Counted from the first letter of the stretch, positions 46,919 to 58,080 are shown. The stretch: 64,000 nucleotides of DNA from Escherichia coli (GCF_013122565.1 NZ_CP053258.1); one strand, 5' to 3'. Numbers and translations: made by a program. The notes: generated by a model from the letters alone, not told the origin.

Positions 46919-48304
46919 TTAGAGCACGGGAGGGACAAACGGTTTGCGTCGCAGGAAACGACCTCGCCCGGCTTTGCCTGTAAAGGTGCCGTCACAGAAA
47001 ATCGTTTCACCACGGGATAAGGTTCTGACAATCGCGCCCTGACAGGTAAAACCCTCCCATGGCGAGTAGTCGGCGTTGTCGTGGAGATGGCGATGCTGAA
47101 TTTGTTGGCTCTGACGTGGGTCGATAATCACCACGTCGCCATCGGAACCGGGCGCTAATAATCCTTTTTGCGGCCACAGGCCAAACAGCCTGGCGGGCAT
47201 TGCGCTGGTTAATTCAACAAAGCGTTCCGGTGTTATACGTCCCGTCATCACGCCACTGGAAAACAGTAACTGCATGCGGTTTTCCACACCGGGTAAGCCA
47301 TTTGGGCAGCGACTGAAATCGCCTTTAGAAATTTGCAGGCGTTGAGCCATTGAGAACGTGCAGTGATCGGTCGCCACCACGTCAATCGCACCATCGCTGA
47401 TGCCACACCACAGTTTGTCCTGCTCGCGTACGTTACGCAGCGGTGGGCTAAGAATGAACTTCATGCCATCTTCTGTATCGTAACTGCGTTCGTCCAACAG
47501 GAGATATTGTGGGCAGGTTTCAACCCAGACTGGCTGGTGATTCGCACGGGCAAGACGCAGATAATCCAGACCTAAGCCGTTAGACAGGTGCACGATATAG
47601 AGCGGGGCGTTACCGGCAATTTGTGCCAGGTTAATCATGCGGGCGATGGCTTCCGCTTCGCATTCCAGAGGGCGACTCAAGGCGTGATAGCGCGGCGCGG
47701 TTAACCCTGCGGCGATAAACTCCGCCCGCTTGCTGGCGATAGCCGCATCATTTTCCGGGTGCACGGTGGTCAGCGCGCCGGATTCATGCAGACGGCGTAA
47801 TGCCTGCAAAACCTCGTCATCGTTGAGTTTGTATTGATAGGTTAAATAGAGTTTAAAACTGCTCAGTCCTTCCTCGACCATCATCGGGATTTCGTCGAGG
47901 ATGGCGTGATTAATGTGCTGGATCACACCGTGAAAGCTGTAATCGATGACCGCTTTATGGGCGGCATAACCACGATAAACCTCCAGTTGATGGCGTAACC
48001 GACAGCCGTTTGGGCCAAATCCCATATGGTCAATAATGGTTGTTGTACCGCCACACGCAGCTGCGCGGGTACCGGTAAAAAAATCATCACAACTGCGCGC
48101 GATGCCGACATCAATATTGAAATGCGTATGGACATCCACGCCGCCAGGGAAAACGTAACAGCCAGTGGCATCAATTTCTTCATACGGGAGCTGCGGCGAA
48201 ATATTGTTGCCCAACTGGCGAACAATCCCGCTTTCAATCAGCAAATCCTGTTTGGCTTGTCCATCTGCGTTAACGACAGTGCCGTTTTTGATCAATACGC
48301 GCAT
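46919..48304 (-). CDS. hyuA: D-phenylhydantoinase / dihydropyrimidinase-family cyclic amidohydrolase
   Basis: 461 aa from MRVLIKNGTVVNADGQ with HxH metal site (DVHTHF). Confidence 0.9.
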   Translation of the reverse strand: MRVLIKNGTVVNADGQAKQDLLIESGIVRQLGNNISPQLPYEEIDATGCYVFPGGVDVHTHFNIDVGIARSCDDFFTGTRAAACGGTTTIIDHMGFGPNGCRLRHQLEVYRGYAAHKAVIDYSFHGVIQHINHAILDEIPMMVEEGLSSFKLYLTYQYKLNDDEVLQALRRLHESGALTTVHPENDAAIASKRAEFIAAGLTAPRYHALSRPLECEAEAIARMINLAQIAGNAPLYIVHLSNGLGLDYLRLARANHQPVWVETCPQYLLLDERSYDTEDGMKFILSPPLRNVREQDKLWCGISDGAIDVVATDHCTFSMAQRLQISKGDFSRCPNGLPGVENRMQLLFSSGVMTGRITPERFVELTSAMPARLFGLWPQKGLLAPGSDGDVVIIDPRQSQQIQHRHLHDNADYSPWEGFTCQGAIVRTLSRGETIFCDGTFTGKAGRGRFLRRKPFVPPVL

Positions 48305-48356
48305 AGCAAACTCCAAAAACCCTCCGGCGAACCGGAGGGGAATAAGTGAAGAGTAA

Positions 48357-49568
48357 TTATTCGGTTGCCAGCCAGCTTAACGGGATTGCAGCGTACATCG
48401 CGGCACAGGTCACCAGGTGAGATTTCCAGGTTTTTTCGTTAGGTGCATGCGCTTCAGGTTCTTTACCCGGGCCAAAGCCGATCACCGGAATGCCGTGACG
48501 GCCCATGATAGATACGCCGTTAGTTGAGAAGGTCCACTTATCAACAACCGGCGCTTTGCCAAACAGCCCTTCGTAGGCATTCACCAGTGCTTTAACGGTG
48601 AAGTGATCTTCTTCCACTTTCCAGGTCGGGAAGTAGCATTCGGTTGGGTAAACCAGGCCAGTCCAGGACGGACGGTCGTAGTTGTACATAGAAACAACCG
48701 CGTTAGCTTTCTGTACTGCAGGCAGGGCGCGGATTTCGTCCAGCGCGCCTTCCCAGGTTTCGCCCCAGGTCAGACGGCGGTCAATAGAGACGGCGCAGCT
48801 ATCTGCTACAGCGCAACGGCTTGGGGATGTGAAGAAGATTTCAGAAACGGTGAGGGTGCCTTTGCCGAGGAATTCGTCATAACCCAGACGTTGGGAGAGT
48901 TCTTGTAATTCGCCAAGAATCGGACCCATTTTGAAAATGGCGTTGTCACCGCGTTCTGGCGCAGAACCGTGGCAGCTAACACCCTGAACATCAATACGAA
49001 TTTCCATACGACCGCGCTGACCACGGTATACCTGGCAGTCGGTTGGTTCGGTACTGACCACAAATTCCGGGCGAATGCCGGATTGTTCAATAATGTACTG
49101 CCAGCACAGACCGTCGCAGTCTTCTTCCTGCACAGTACCGGTAACCAGCAGGGTATATTCATCTTCCAGACCGAGGTCTTTAATGATTTTACCGGCATAA
49201 ACCATAGATGCCATGCCGCCTTCCTGGTCGGAAGTACCGCGACCACCGATCAGCTCATCAGTTTCCATGCCTTCGTACGGATCGAAGTCCCAGTTTTTGA
49301 TGTTGCCAATGCCGACGGTATCGATATGAGCGTCCATTGCCACCAGACGCGGGCCGTGGCCGATATAACCGAGAACGTTACCCATCGGGTCGATTTCAAC
49401 TTTATCGAAGCCGACTTTTTCCATCTCTTCTTTAATACGATGTACTACGCGTTTCTCGTCGCAGCTTTCACTGGGAATAGCAACCATGTCGCGCAGGAAG
49501 CGAGTCATATCCGCCTGGTAATCTTTTGCTTTTTCAAGAATCAGTTTGAATGGAATATTCTTAGCCAT
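48357..49568 (-). CDS. ygeY: M20-family peptidase / amidohydrolase
   Basis: 403 aa from [18 protein letters not shown]; ORF-track extension trimmed. Confidence 0.9.
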
Positions 49569-49624
49569 TATTTTTCTCCAGATTTTTACTCCCCGTTTTG
49601 CAGGGAGCAGTTCCAATAGGGTGA

Positions 49625-50821
49625 TTAAGGTGCTACAGCGTGTTTGCCTTCCCAGACAACTTCGCGGTAGTGCTTCACGTCGGTGTCGCCTTCAGTGCTG
49701 ATAACCAGCACTACGGCATCTTTGTTCAGCGCCAGTTTTTGCATCAGGCTTTGACGTTGCGGGTGATAATGAACCGCCGCGAGAACGCCCAAACCGACAG
49801 CGCCGGATTCACCGGAGATGATGCGCGGGTCGTTGCCGTACGGATTACCCAGCACGCGCATACCTAATGCGGCAACGCTGTCCTGGCAGGAGATGAATTG
49901 GGTGGCGCAGTTACGTAGGATTTCCCAGCCCAGCGGGTTAGGTTCGCCACAGGCCAGGCCCGCCATGATGGTGGCCATATCACCGCCAACGTTGACGATG
50001 TCGCCTTTGACGCCGGAGCGATAAATACAGTCAGCTTTGTCAGGTTCAACAATAATGCTGTGCAGATTTTGCGGGCTGTAGACGTCGACCAGATAACCCA
50101 GCACACCACCGGCCATTGCACCGACACCGGCTTGCAGCAGAACGTGTGTCGGGGTTACGCCCATTTCACGCATTTGCTCGACGGCTTCATCTGCCAGTGT
50201 TGCGTAGCCTTGCATGATCCAGGTTGGGATTTTAGTGTAACCTTCCCATGCCGTGTCCTGTACCACTTCCCAGCCGTGCTGCTGCGCGTGTTGCATGGTC
50301 AGGCGAACGGTATCGTCATAGTTCATATCCGTGACGATGCACTCGGCACCGAGGTTCAGAATGGCGTCAACGCGTTCCTGAGCAGAACCTTTCGGCATGT
50401 AAATCACCGCATTCTGTCCGAGTTGCTGTGCTGCCCACGCCACACCGCGCCCGTGGTTGCCGTCGGTGGTGGTCGCGAAAGTCATTTTTTCGCCGATGGC
50501 ATTTTTCAGGTGCTCAAATGACAGCGTTTCGATATCAAGATGATATTTTTCACACAATAATTGAGCGATGGCGTACGCACCGCCGAGCATTTTGAAGGCG
50601 TTCAGACCGAATCGTTTTGATTCGTCTTTGACGAGAATTTTCTTCACACCAAAAAGGTTTGCGAGATCGTCCAGCGCACAAAGCGGTGTTGGGCGATAAC
50701 CAGCTATTTTCTGGTGGAACTGGCGCGCCAGTTTGGCCTGGCTTTGCGAAAAGAGCGGTGATGTTTCGCCGTTGAAAAATTTGTTATCGGCGATATCAAT
50801 CTTCAATGAGAAAACGGACAT
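49625..50821 (-). CDS. ygeX: 2,3-diaminopropionate ammonia-lyase (PLP-dependent)
   Basis: 398 aa, tryptophan-synthase-beta-like PLP fold; the alternative name for this gene is dpaL. Confidence 0.9.
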
Positions 50822-50878
50822 ATCCTATCCTTTTGGCCTCTGGAAATAGAGGGCCGACCAGCTGATCGGCCCGAGGGG

Positions 50879-52069
50879 TTATTTCACGCGTTCTTGCGCT
50901 TCTTTCAGCAGTTGCTCGAGCAGTGCACCTGGTTTGGCGTATTTACGGGACAGGATCATCGCGGCGATGATATAAGGCTTCCAGCTGGCTTCTTTGTAGG
51001 TAGCGATACGGTATTTTTCGAATACGCCTTCAGTCACTTCACCTTCTTTGCAGGATACGCCGCTGATATCAGCTGGCAGGCAGTGCATGTACAGGGCTTC
51101 GCCATCACGGGTCAGTTCCATCATCTCTTCAGTACAATGCCAGTCTTTGTGTTGCGCGTTCTGTGCCAGACACTGTTTTTCCAGTGCTTTTAAGCCTTCG
51201 TGGTCGTTTGCACGCAGCAATTCAGTACGCTCTTCCATCACTTTGTAAGGTGCCCATGACTTCGGATAAACGATGTCTGCGTCTTTGAAGGCTTCTTCCA
51301 TGCTGGTGACCTGACGGAAGCTACCACCGGAGGCTTTAGCATTGTTTTTCGCCACTTCAACCACATCCGGGATCAGGTCGTAGCCTTCCGGATGGGCCAG
51401 GGTGACATCCATACCGAAGCGAGTCATCAGACCGATGATGCCTTGTGGTACAGAGAGCGGTTTGCCATAGCTTGGGGAGTAGGCCCAGGTCATGGCGATT
51501 TTTTTACCTTTCAGGTTTTCCAGTGAACCAAAGTGTTCACGTAACCATGCCAGGTCAGCCATTGACTGAGTCGGGTGGTCAATATCACATTGCAGGTTCA
51601 CTAAAGCCGGACGTTGCGGCAGAACACCCTGCTTGTAACCGTCATCAAGTGCAGCGCCAACTTCACGCATATAGGCGTTGCCTGCGCCCAGATACATATC
51701 GTCGCGAATACCAATAGCGTCGGCGCAGAAGGAGATCATATTGGCGGTTTCACGCACGGTTTCGCCGTGAGCGATTTGTGATTTGCCTTCGTCGAGATCT
51801 TGCTGTGCAAGGCCGAGCAGGTTAAGCGCGGAAGCATAAGAGAAGCGGGTACGAGTGGAGTTGTCGCGGAATACGGAAATACCTAATCCACTGTTAAAGA
51901 CTTTGGTTGAGATGTTTTCAGCACGCAGTGCTTTTAATGCTGCGGCAACGTCCAGTACTTGTTTCAGTTCATCTGGCGTCTGTTCCCACGTTAACAAAAA
52001 ATCTTTCTCGTGAAGGTGAGAGGTCAGCGAATTGATATCCTTAATCAGCTCATTAACAGTTTTCATCAT
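50879..52069 (-). CDS. ygeW: carbamoyltransferase-family protein (OTC/ATC fold, substrate unresolved)
   Basis: 396 aa with STRTR carbamoyl-phosphate-binding motif and HCLP motif. Confidence 0.9.
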   Translation of the reverse strand: MMKTVNELIKDINSLTSHLHEKDFLLTWEQTPDELKQVLDVAAALKALRAENISTKVFNSGLGISVFRDNSTRTRFSYASALNLLGLAQQDLDEGKSQIAHGETVRETANMISFCADAIGIRDDMYLGAGNAYMREVGAALDDGYKQGVLPQRPALVNLQCDIDHPTQSMADLAWLREHFGSLENLKGKKIAMTWAYSPSYGKPLSVPQGIIGLMTRFGMDVTLAHPEGYDLIPDVVEVAKNNAKASGGSFRQVTSMEEAFKDADIVYPKSWAPYKVMEERTELLRANDHEGLKALEKQCLAQNAQHKDWHCTEEMMELTRDGEALYMHCLPADISGVSCKEGEVTEGVFEKYRIATYKEASWKPYIIAAMILSRKYAKPGALLEQLLKEAQERVK

Positions 52070-52544
52070 AAAGTCCCGGTAGTGGAATGACAGGCAAAGT
52101 GGTTTATTTCACTGTGACTTGCCAAAGTGATTGGTGTTTTCACAGCTATACTTGGGACTAACAATAAGTGTGCCAGAATTATCCACGGGGCTGCAAAAGA
52201 CTAATTTGACGGATAATGTGTGGGGTTGATCACAAATTGATGCCAGCTTCCGGTTGTTTGTAAAATACGAAAACGTTTGGCTTTTTTTATCGCGTTATTT
52301 ATTTGCTGCTAAGTATCAGAAATAAGATAAAGGGGCAGGCTATCCCTCGTCAGTTTGATAAACTCACCGCCGTAATTCTCATATTGATATAGAAATGTGA
52401 TATCTCTTCCATAATTTCATTAGAAAGTGATAAAAATCTTATGTTTTTATCAAAGCCAATTTCGCCTGAGTTAATATCATCATGATCTGTGAACCATCAA
52501 CGTCTTCAATGATCGACTTTTAAGTAAGTCTGGAAGGTAAAGCT

Positions 52545-54323
52545 ATGGAGCTTGCTACTACGCAGTCAGTATTGATGCAAATTCAACCGACAATTCAGCG
52601 TTTTGCCAGAATGCTTGCCAGCGTTTTGCAGCTTGAGGTTGAGATCGTTGATGAAAACTTGTGTCGCGTCGCCGGAACTGGCGCGTATGGGAAGTTTCTT
52701 GGTCGCCAGTTGAGCGGCAACTCACGCCTGCTCCGCCACGTCCTGGAAACGAAAACTGAAAAAGTTGTGACACAGTCTCGCTTCGATCCCCTTTGTGAAG
52801 GTTGCGATAGTAAAGAAAATTGCCGCGAAAAAGCATTTCTGGGTACGCCTGTCATTTTACAGGATCGTTGTGTTGGGGTGATAAGTTTGATTGCCGTTAC
52901 CCACGAGCAACAAGAGCATATTAGTGATAATTTACGCGAATTTTCTGATTACGTTCGCCATATATCCACCATTTTTGTTTCGAAACTTCTGGAGGATCAG
53001 GGACCAGGAGATAACATCAGTAAAATATTCGCGACCATGATCGATAATATGGATCAGGGCGTATTAGTTATTGATGACGATAATCGGATTCAGTTTGTTA
53101 ATCAGACAGCCTTAAAAACACTCGGTGTTGTGCAAAATAATATTATTGGGAAACCTATCCGTTTCAGACCATTAACATTTGAGAGTAATTTTACCCATGG
53201 ACATATGCAGCATATTGTTTCGTGGGACGATAAAAGTGAGTTAATCATTGGTCAATTGCATAACATTCAGGGCCGACAATTATTTTTAATGGCGTTTCAC
53301 CAATCGCATACCAGTTTTTCTGTAGCAAATGCACCTGATGAACCGCATATTGAACAATTGGTTGGCGAGTGCCGTGTTATGCGGCAATTAAAACGACTCA
53401 TTAGCCGTATTGCACCCAGCCCATCCAGCGTTATGGTGGTTGGTGAAAGCGGCACGGGTAAAGAAGTCGTCGCCCGTGCAATCCATAAGTTGAGCGGAAG
53501 ACGGAATAAACCCTTTATTGCTATCAACTGTGCCGCGATTCCGGAGCAGCTTCTGGAGAGCGAACTGTTCGGTTATGTTAAAGGCGCATTTACTGGCGCT
53601 TCTGCCAACGGTAAAACAGGGTTGATTCAGGCGGCGAATACGGGCACGCTGTTTCTCGATGAAATAGGTGATATGCCATTAATGTTGCAGGCTAAATTAC
53701 TGCGCGCTATTGAGGCACGTGAAATTCTGCCGATTGGTGCCAGTAGCCCAATACAAGTCGACATTCGCATCATTTCTGCAACTAACCAGAATTTGGCCCA
53801 GTTCATTGCAGAAGGTAAATTCCGCGAAGATCTCTTCTACCGACTTAATGTTATCCCGATAACTCTGCCACCGCTGCGTGAACGTCAGGAAGATATTGAA
53901 CTACTGGTGCATTATTTTTTACATCTGCATACCCGTCGTCTGGGATCGGTTTATCCGGGCATTGCTCCCGATGTCGTCGAAATATTGCGTAAGCATCGTT
54001 GGCCCGGAAACCTGCGCGAGTTAAGCAATTTGATGGAATATCTGGTTAACGTGGTTCCTTCAGGTGAAGTTATCGACAGCACGCTATTGCCGCCAAATCT
54101 GCTGAATAATGGCACAACGGAGCAAAGTGATGTAACAGAGGTCAACGAGGCGCACCTGGCACTCGATGATGCGGGCGGCACGGCGCTGGAGGAGATGGAA
54201 AAGCAAATGATCCGCGAGGCGCTTTCACGTCATAACAGCAAGAAGCAAGTTGCTGATGAACTGGGCATCGGCATTGCTACGCTCTATCGCAAGATTAAGA
54301 AATATGAGTTGTTAAACACATAA
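52545..54323 (+). CDS. ygeV: sigma54-dependent transcriptional activator (bacterial enhancer-binding protein)
   Basis: 592 aa; AAA+ core with Walker A GESGTGKE and the sigma54-contact GAFTGA motif; C-terminal HTH; N-terminal sensory region. Confidence 0.9.
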   Translation: MELATTQSVLMQIQPTIQRFARMLASVLQLEVEIVDENLCRVAGTGAYGKFLGRQLSGNSRLLRHVLETKTEKVVTQSRFDPLCEGCDSKENCREKAFLGTPVILQDRCVGVISLIAVTHEQQEHISDNLREFSDYVRHISTIFVSKLLEDQGPGDNISKIFATMIDNMDQGVLVIDDDNRIQFVNQTALKTLGVVQNNIIGKPIRFRPLTFESNFTHGHMQHIVSWDDKSELIIGQLHNIQGRQLFLMAFHQSHTSFSVANAPDEPHIEQLVGECRVMRQLKRLISRIAPSPSSVMVVGESGTGKEVVARAIHKLSGRRNKPFIAINCAAIPEQLLESELFGYVKGAFTGASANGKTGLIQAANTGTLFLDEIGDMPLMLQAKLLRAIEAREILPIGASSPIQVDIRIISATNQNLAQFIAEGKFREDLFYRLNVIPITLPPLRERQEDIELLVHYFLHLHTRRLGSVYPGIAPDVVEILRKHRWPGNLRELSNLMEYLVNVVPSGEVIDSTLLPPNLLNNGTTEQSDVTEVNEAHLALDDAGGTALEEMEKQMIREALSRHNSKKQVADELGIGIATLYRKIKKYELLNT

Positions 54324-54362
54324 CCTCAGTGAATCCGGCCTGAATTCAGGCCGGATATCCTT

Positions 54363-54842
54363 TTACTTCGTTTTCTCGCAATCCAGAACCGTATTTACAA
54401 TCATCTGATACCCCGTGCAGCGACAAAGATTTCCCGCCAGTCCGCGACGAATTTCCGTAATGGTTAATGGCTTCTCGCGTGGTTTCGCCAGCATTGCCGT
54501 GGTAGCCATAATCAGGCCAGGCGTACAAAACCCGCACTGCACTGCGCCGGATTTCGCATAAGCCTGCTGAACATGAGAAAGTTTTCCGCCTTTCGCTTCA
54601 CCTTCCAGCGTGCGGATCTCTTTTCCTTCAGCCCAGGCGGCAAGGTATAAGCAACTGTCTATTGCTGTGCCGTCGACCAGCACCGTACAGGCACCACATT
54701 CACCCACGCAGCACCCTTGTTTGACACTTAGCAGTCCTTGTTCGCGGAGTAATTCCGAGAGTGGCGTGCCTGGTGCGGCGTGAAGCTGAAAAGGCATCCC
54801 GTTAATGGTGCATTCGATGGTAATTGTTTCGCTGTGATTCAT
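54363..54842 (-). CDS. xdhC: xanthine dehydrogenase [2Fe-2S] subunit
   Basis: 159 aa with plant-type and second 2Fe-2S Cys motifs ([22 protein letters not shown]). Confidence 0.9.
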
Positions 54843-55717
54843 TGCAATTTTCCCCCCGCCGCGGCGACGGCTTCGCTAATCACTTTTTTGGTCATCGTCT
54901 GGATGAGATGCAGACGAAACTCTTTACTGGCCCGCCATGAAGAACGCGGGGCGACATCTTGCAGGACAGATTCGCTGATAGCTTCCAGCGTTTGCAGTTT
55001 TAATGGCGCATTTTGTGCAGTCTGTTCGGCATGTTGGCAGCGAATCGGCGTTGGCGCGGCAACACCAAATGCCAGACGTAATTCGCTGAAATTGCCGTTA
55101 TCCAGTCGGCAATGTGCGGCGCAGCCAATCGTTGAAATATCCATTGCGTCGCGCATGGCATATTTAAAATGCGCGCTGCCCGCGTGTTCTTTCGGCTGGG
55201 GCGGAAAATGAAAGGCGACAAGGATTTCGTCATGCTCAAGAGACACTTTGCCCGGCCCAGTGTGAAAGCCATTAATCGGGACGAAACGAACACCGCGTGG
55301 GGAGTGGATCTCCAGCTTTGCGTCATAAATTAGCGTTGGCGTGGCAGAATCTGCGCTGGTGGCACCGTTGCAAATATTTCCACCGTAGGTAGCGACGTTA
55401 CGGATCTGCGGTCCGGCAATGGATGAGGCCGCAGCACATAACGCCGGGAGATGACGTTGAGTTACAGGATCTTCAATGAGCTGGGTAAATGTCGTTGCAG
55501 AGCCGATACGTAGCGAGCCATCTTCCGCCAGCGTAATTCCCCGCAATTCCGCCAGATTATGAATATCAACAATATGGCGATAACGGTCATTGTGATGGTG
55601 GAGCTGAATCAGTACGTCAGTGCCACCGGCGAGCAGTTTGGCCTGCGGGTTGTCAGCCAGCAGGTTGATGGCATCGGCAAGGGTTGCTGCGCGATGGTAA
55701 GAAGCAAAATCAAACAT
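54839..55717 (-). CDS. xdhB: xanthine dehydrogenase FAD-binding subunit
   Basis: 292 aa CO-dehydrogenase flavoprotein fold; overlaps the xdhC start. Confidence 0.9.
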
Positions 55718-55727
55718 GATGTTATCC

Positions 55728-57986
55728 TCAAATCAATCCTGCCAGATGGAACTCTTCATATAACCGTTTTGGCGTCAGCGGCAGTGTATTGATTGCAACA
55801 CCGGTAGCCATCTTCACCGCGTTACGAATAGCTGCGGCAACAGGAATTATTGGTGGCTCACCCAGTGACTTATGTCCGTATGCGGATTGCGGCTCATTGA
55901 TTTCGACGAACGCGCTTTCCAGTTGTGGCAGATCCGGCATGGTCGGCATTTTGTAATCCAGCAGATTGGGGTTACGGACCACGCCGCTTTTCGCATCGAT
56001 GATCATCTCTTCAAATAGTGCCCAGCCAATGCCCATTCCCATTCCGCCGTGTACCTGACCTTCTGCTAGCAGCGGATTAAGAATATGCCCCGAATCATGA
56101 ACGTTGAGGATGCGGTTGATGGTGACTTTACACAGCGCAATATCGACCGTCAGGTCAACAAAGGTACAGCCAAACGCCGGTGGGTTAGTGGTGGTTTTGA
56201 TGGAGCTTTCAGCAGAGAGCTGCCCGCCGCGTTCAGAGTGGTAGAAAGCGTCCATCGCCAAAACTTTTAACGACATTAACGGCTCTTCCGGTCGTTCAAT
56301 TAGCACGATATGGCCTTTTATCAGGGTCAGATTCATCGCTGACTGATGTAGCATGACTGCGGCGTGAGCGATGATTTTCTCTTTTAATAACAGTGCTGCA
56401 CTGCGCAGCGCAGGCGCGGCAACATAGCTCTGGCGTGAGGCAAATGCGCCAGGATCGAACGGCGTAACGTCGGTATCTTGTGTTGAAATAACGCGAATGT
56501 CGCTGACCGGAACCCCCACGGTTTCTGCCACCATTTGCGAGAAGACGGTGTCGGCACCCTGGCCGATTTCCGTCGCGCCGCTTTGCACGTTGATGGTTCC
56601 ATCCTGATTCATCAACAGGCGCGCGCCTGCTATTTCTACGCCGACAGGCCAGGTGTTAGAGGTGTAGCTAAAACAGGCGACGCCAACGCCGCGGCGTAAA
56701 TTGCCTTGCTGGTTCTGGCACTCTGCACGGCGTTTTTCCCATTCAAAGATTTTCCGGCCTTTTTCAAGACACTCCGGCAACCCTGCGCTGTAAATACGTT
56801 TGCCTGTGAGCGGATTAGCATCTCCTTCGCGGGCGGCGTTGCGTAAACGAATTTCAACAGGATCAATACCTAACGCTGTCGCGGCGTCATCAAGCATAGA
56901 CTCAACGGCAAATACGACTTGTGGCGCGCCATAACCACGCATCGCACCAGCCGAGGGGAGGTTGGTATAGCAGGTCTTTGAACTGTAAGCGTAGGCACAA
57001 CGAGGATAAAGGTAAGCGACTTTATTCCCCCCCGCAGAAGCGATGGAGTGCCCGTGAGATGCGTAAGCGCCGGTGTTAGACAGAACATCCAGACTATAAC
57101 CTTTCAATGTTCCGTCGCGGTTCACGCCCATTTGCCCGTCAATAGTAAAAGCGTGGCGGGTACGGGTTGCGAGGAAACACTCTTCACGGCTAAGGGACAC
57201 TTTCACCGGAATGCCGCCAAGCTTGCTGGTCAGGAATGCCGCCATTGGCTCTTCCAGTACATCCTGTTTATTACCAAAACCGCCACCGACAAACGGTTTG
57301 ATGACTCGTACGCATGACCAGGGAATATTCAGCGCCTGACCAACCACACGGCGAACAATGTGCGGGATCTGGGTGCTGGAAACGATGGTAATTCGCGAGT
57401 CATCCTCCATCCATGCCAGCGATGTCACGCTTTCCATGTGACAATGTTGAATGACCGGCGTCTGATAGTGCCCCTGTACCTGGTAGTCGGCGGCATCGAT
57501 TGTTTGTTGGACATTGCCCGTCGACATCGTGCTTTGTTTTAGTAAATTGCCGCCGTTATGGATTGGTGCAGCGTCATCAGCCAGCGCCGCTTCTGGGGTG
57601 GTGATAACGGGTAATTCTTGCCACTCAATGCTGACCAATTGCGCCGCTTTTTCTGCCGTGAGTTCATCACGGGCCACGACGATGGCAACGGCGTCACCAT
57701 GGTGACGAACATGGCGAGTTAGCAGTGCGCGATCGGCGGTATCGCGCTTGTTTTCGTCAAGTGTCCAGGCATGCCCAGCTGTAGCGAATGGGATATCAGG
57801 CACATCTTCCCAGGTAAAAATCGCCAGTACGCCCGGTAAACTTCTGGCTTGTTCATCATTAATACTTACGGCATAACCATGTGCGATAGGGCTACGTACA
57901 TATTTCGCGTAACACATGCCCGCCATAACATAATCGTCAGTATATCGTGCCCGCCCGGTGACCTTAGCAATGGCATCTACGCGCAT
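55728..57986 (-). CDS. xdhA: xanthine dehydrogenase molybdenum-binding subunit
   Basis: 752 aa from MRVDAIAKVTGRARYTDDY; ORF-track 13-codon extension trimmed. Confidence 0.9.
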   Translation of the reverse strand: MRVDAIAKVTGRARYTDDYVMAGMCYAKYVRSPIAHGYAVSINDEQARSLPGVLAIFTWEDVPDIPFATAGHAWTLDENKRDTADRALLTRHVRHHGDAVAIVVARDELTAEKAAQLVSIEWQELPVITTPEAALADDAAPIHNGGNLLKQSTMSTGNVQQTIDAADYQVQGHYQTPVIQHCHMESVTSLAWMEDDSRITIVSSTQIPHIVRRVVGQALNIPWSCVRVIKPFVGGGFGNKQDVLEEPMAAFLTSKLGGIPVKVSLSREECFLATRTRHAFTIDGQMGVNRDGTLKGYSLDVLSNTGAYASHGHSIASAGGNKVAYLYPRCAYAYSSKTCYTNLPSAGAMRGYGAPQVVFAVESMLDDAATALGIDPVEIRLRNAAREGDANPLTGKRIYSAGLPECLEKGRKIFEWEKRRAECQNQQGNLRRGVGVACFSYTSNTWPVGVEIAGARLLMNQDGTINVQSGATEIGQGADTVFSQMVAETVGVPVSDIRVISTQDTDVTPFDPGAFASRQSYVAAPALRSAALLLKEKIIAHAAVMLHQSAMNLTLIKGHIVLIERPEEPLMSLKVLAMDAFYHSERGGQLSAESSIKTTTNPPAFGCTFVDLTVDIALCKVTINRILNVHDSGHILNPLLAEGQVHGGMGMGIGWALFEEMIIDAKSGVVRNPNLLDYKMPTMPDLPQLESAFVEINEPQSAYGHKSLGEPPIIPVAAAIRNAVKMATGVAINTLPLTPKRLYEEFHLAGLI

Positions 57987-58080
57987 GCATGATTCACCTG
58001 TAGCGGTTGCTTCCCGCGCTTCCATAGAAATCCCCTCGATTTGAACATTTGGTTCTTATGGCAAAGATTTAGTCTAAGCA

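Noticed and set aside
27402-57986. Selenocysteine (in-frame UGA recoding) in the molybdo-hydroxylase genes
   Set aside because: None of xdhA, xdhD, ygfK or ygfT is split into two adjacent in-frame ORFs at a UGA; each is a single uninterrupted ORF.
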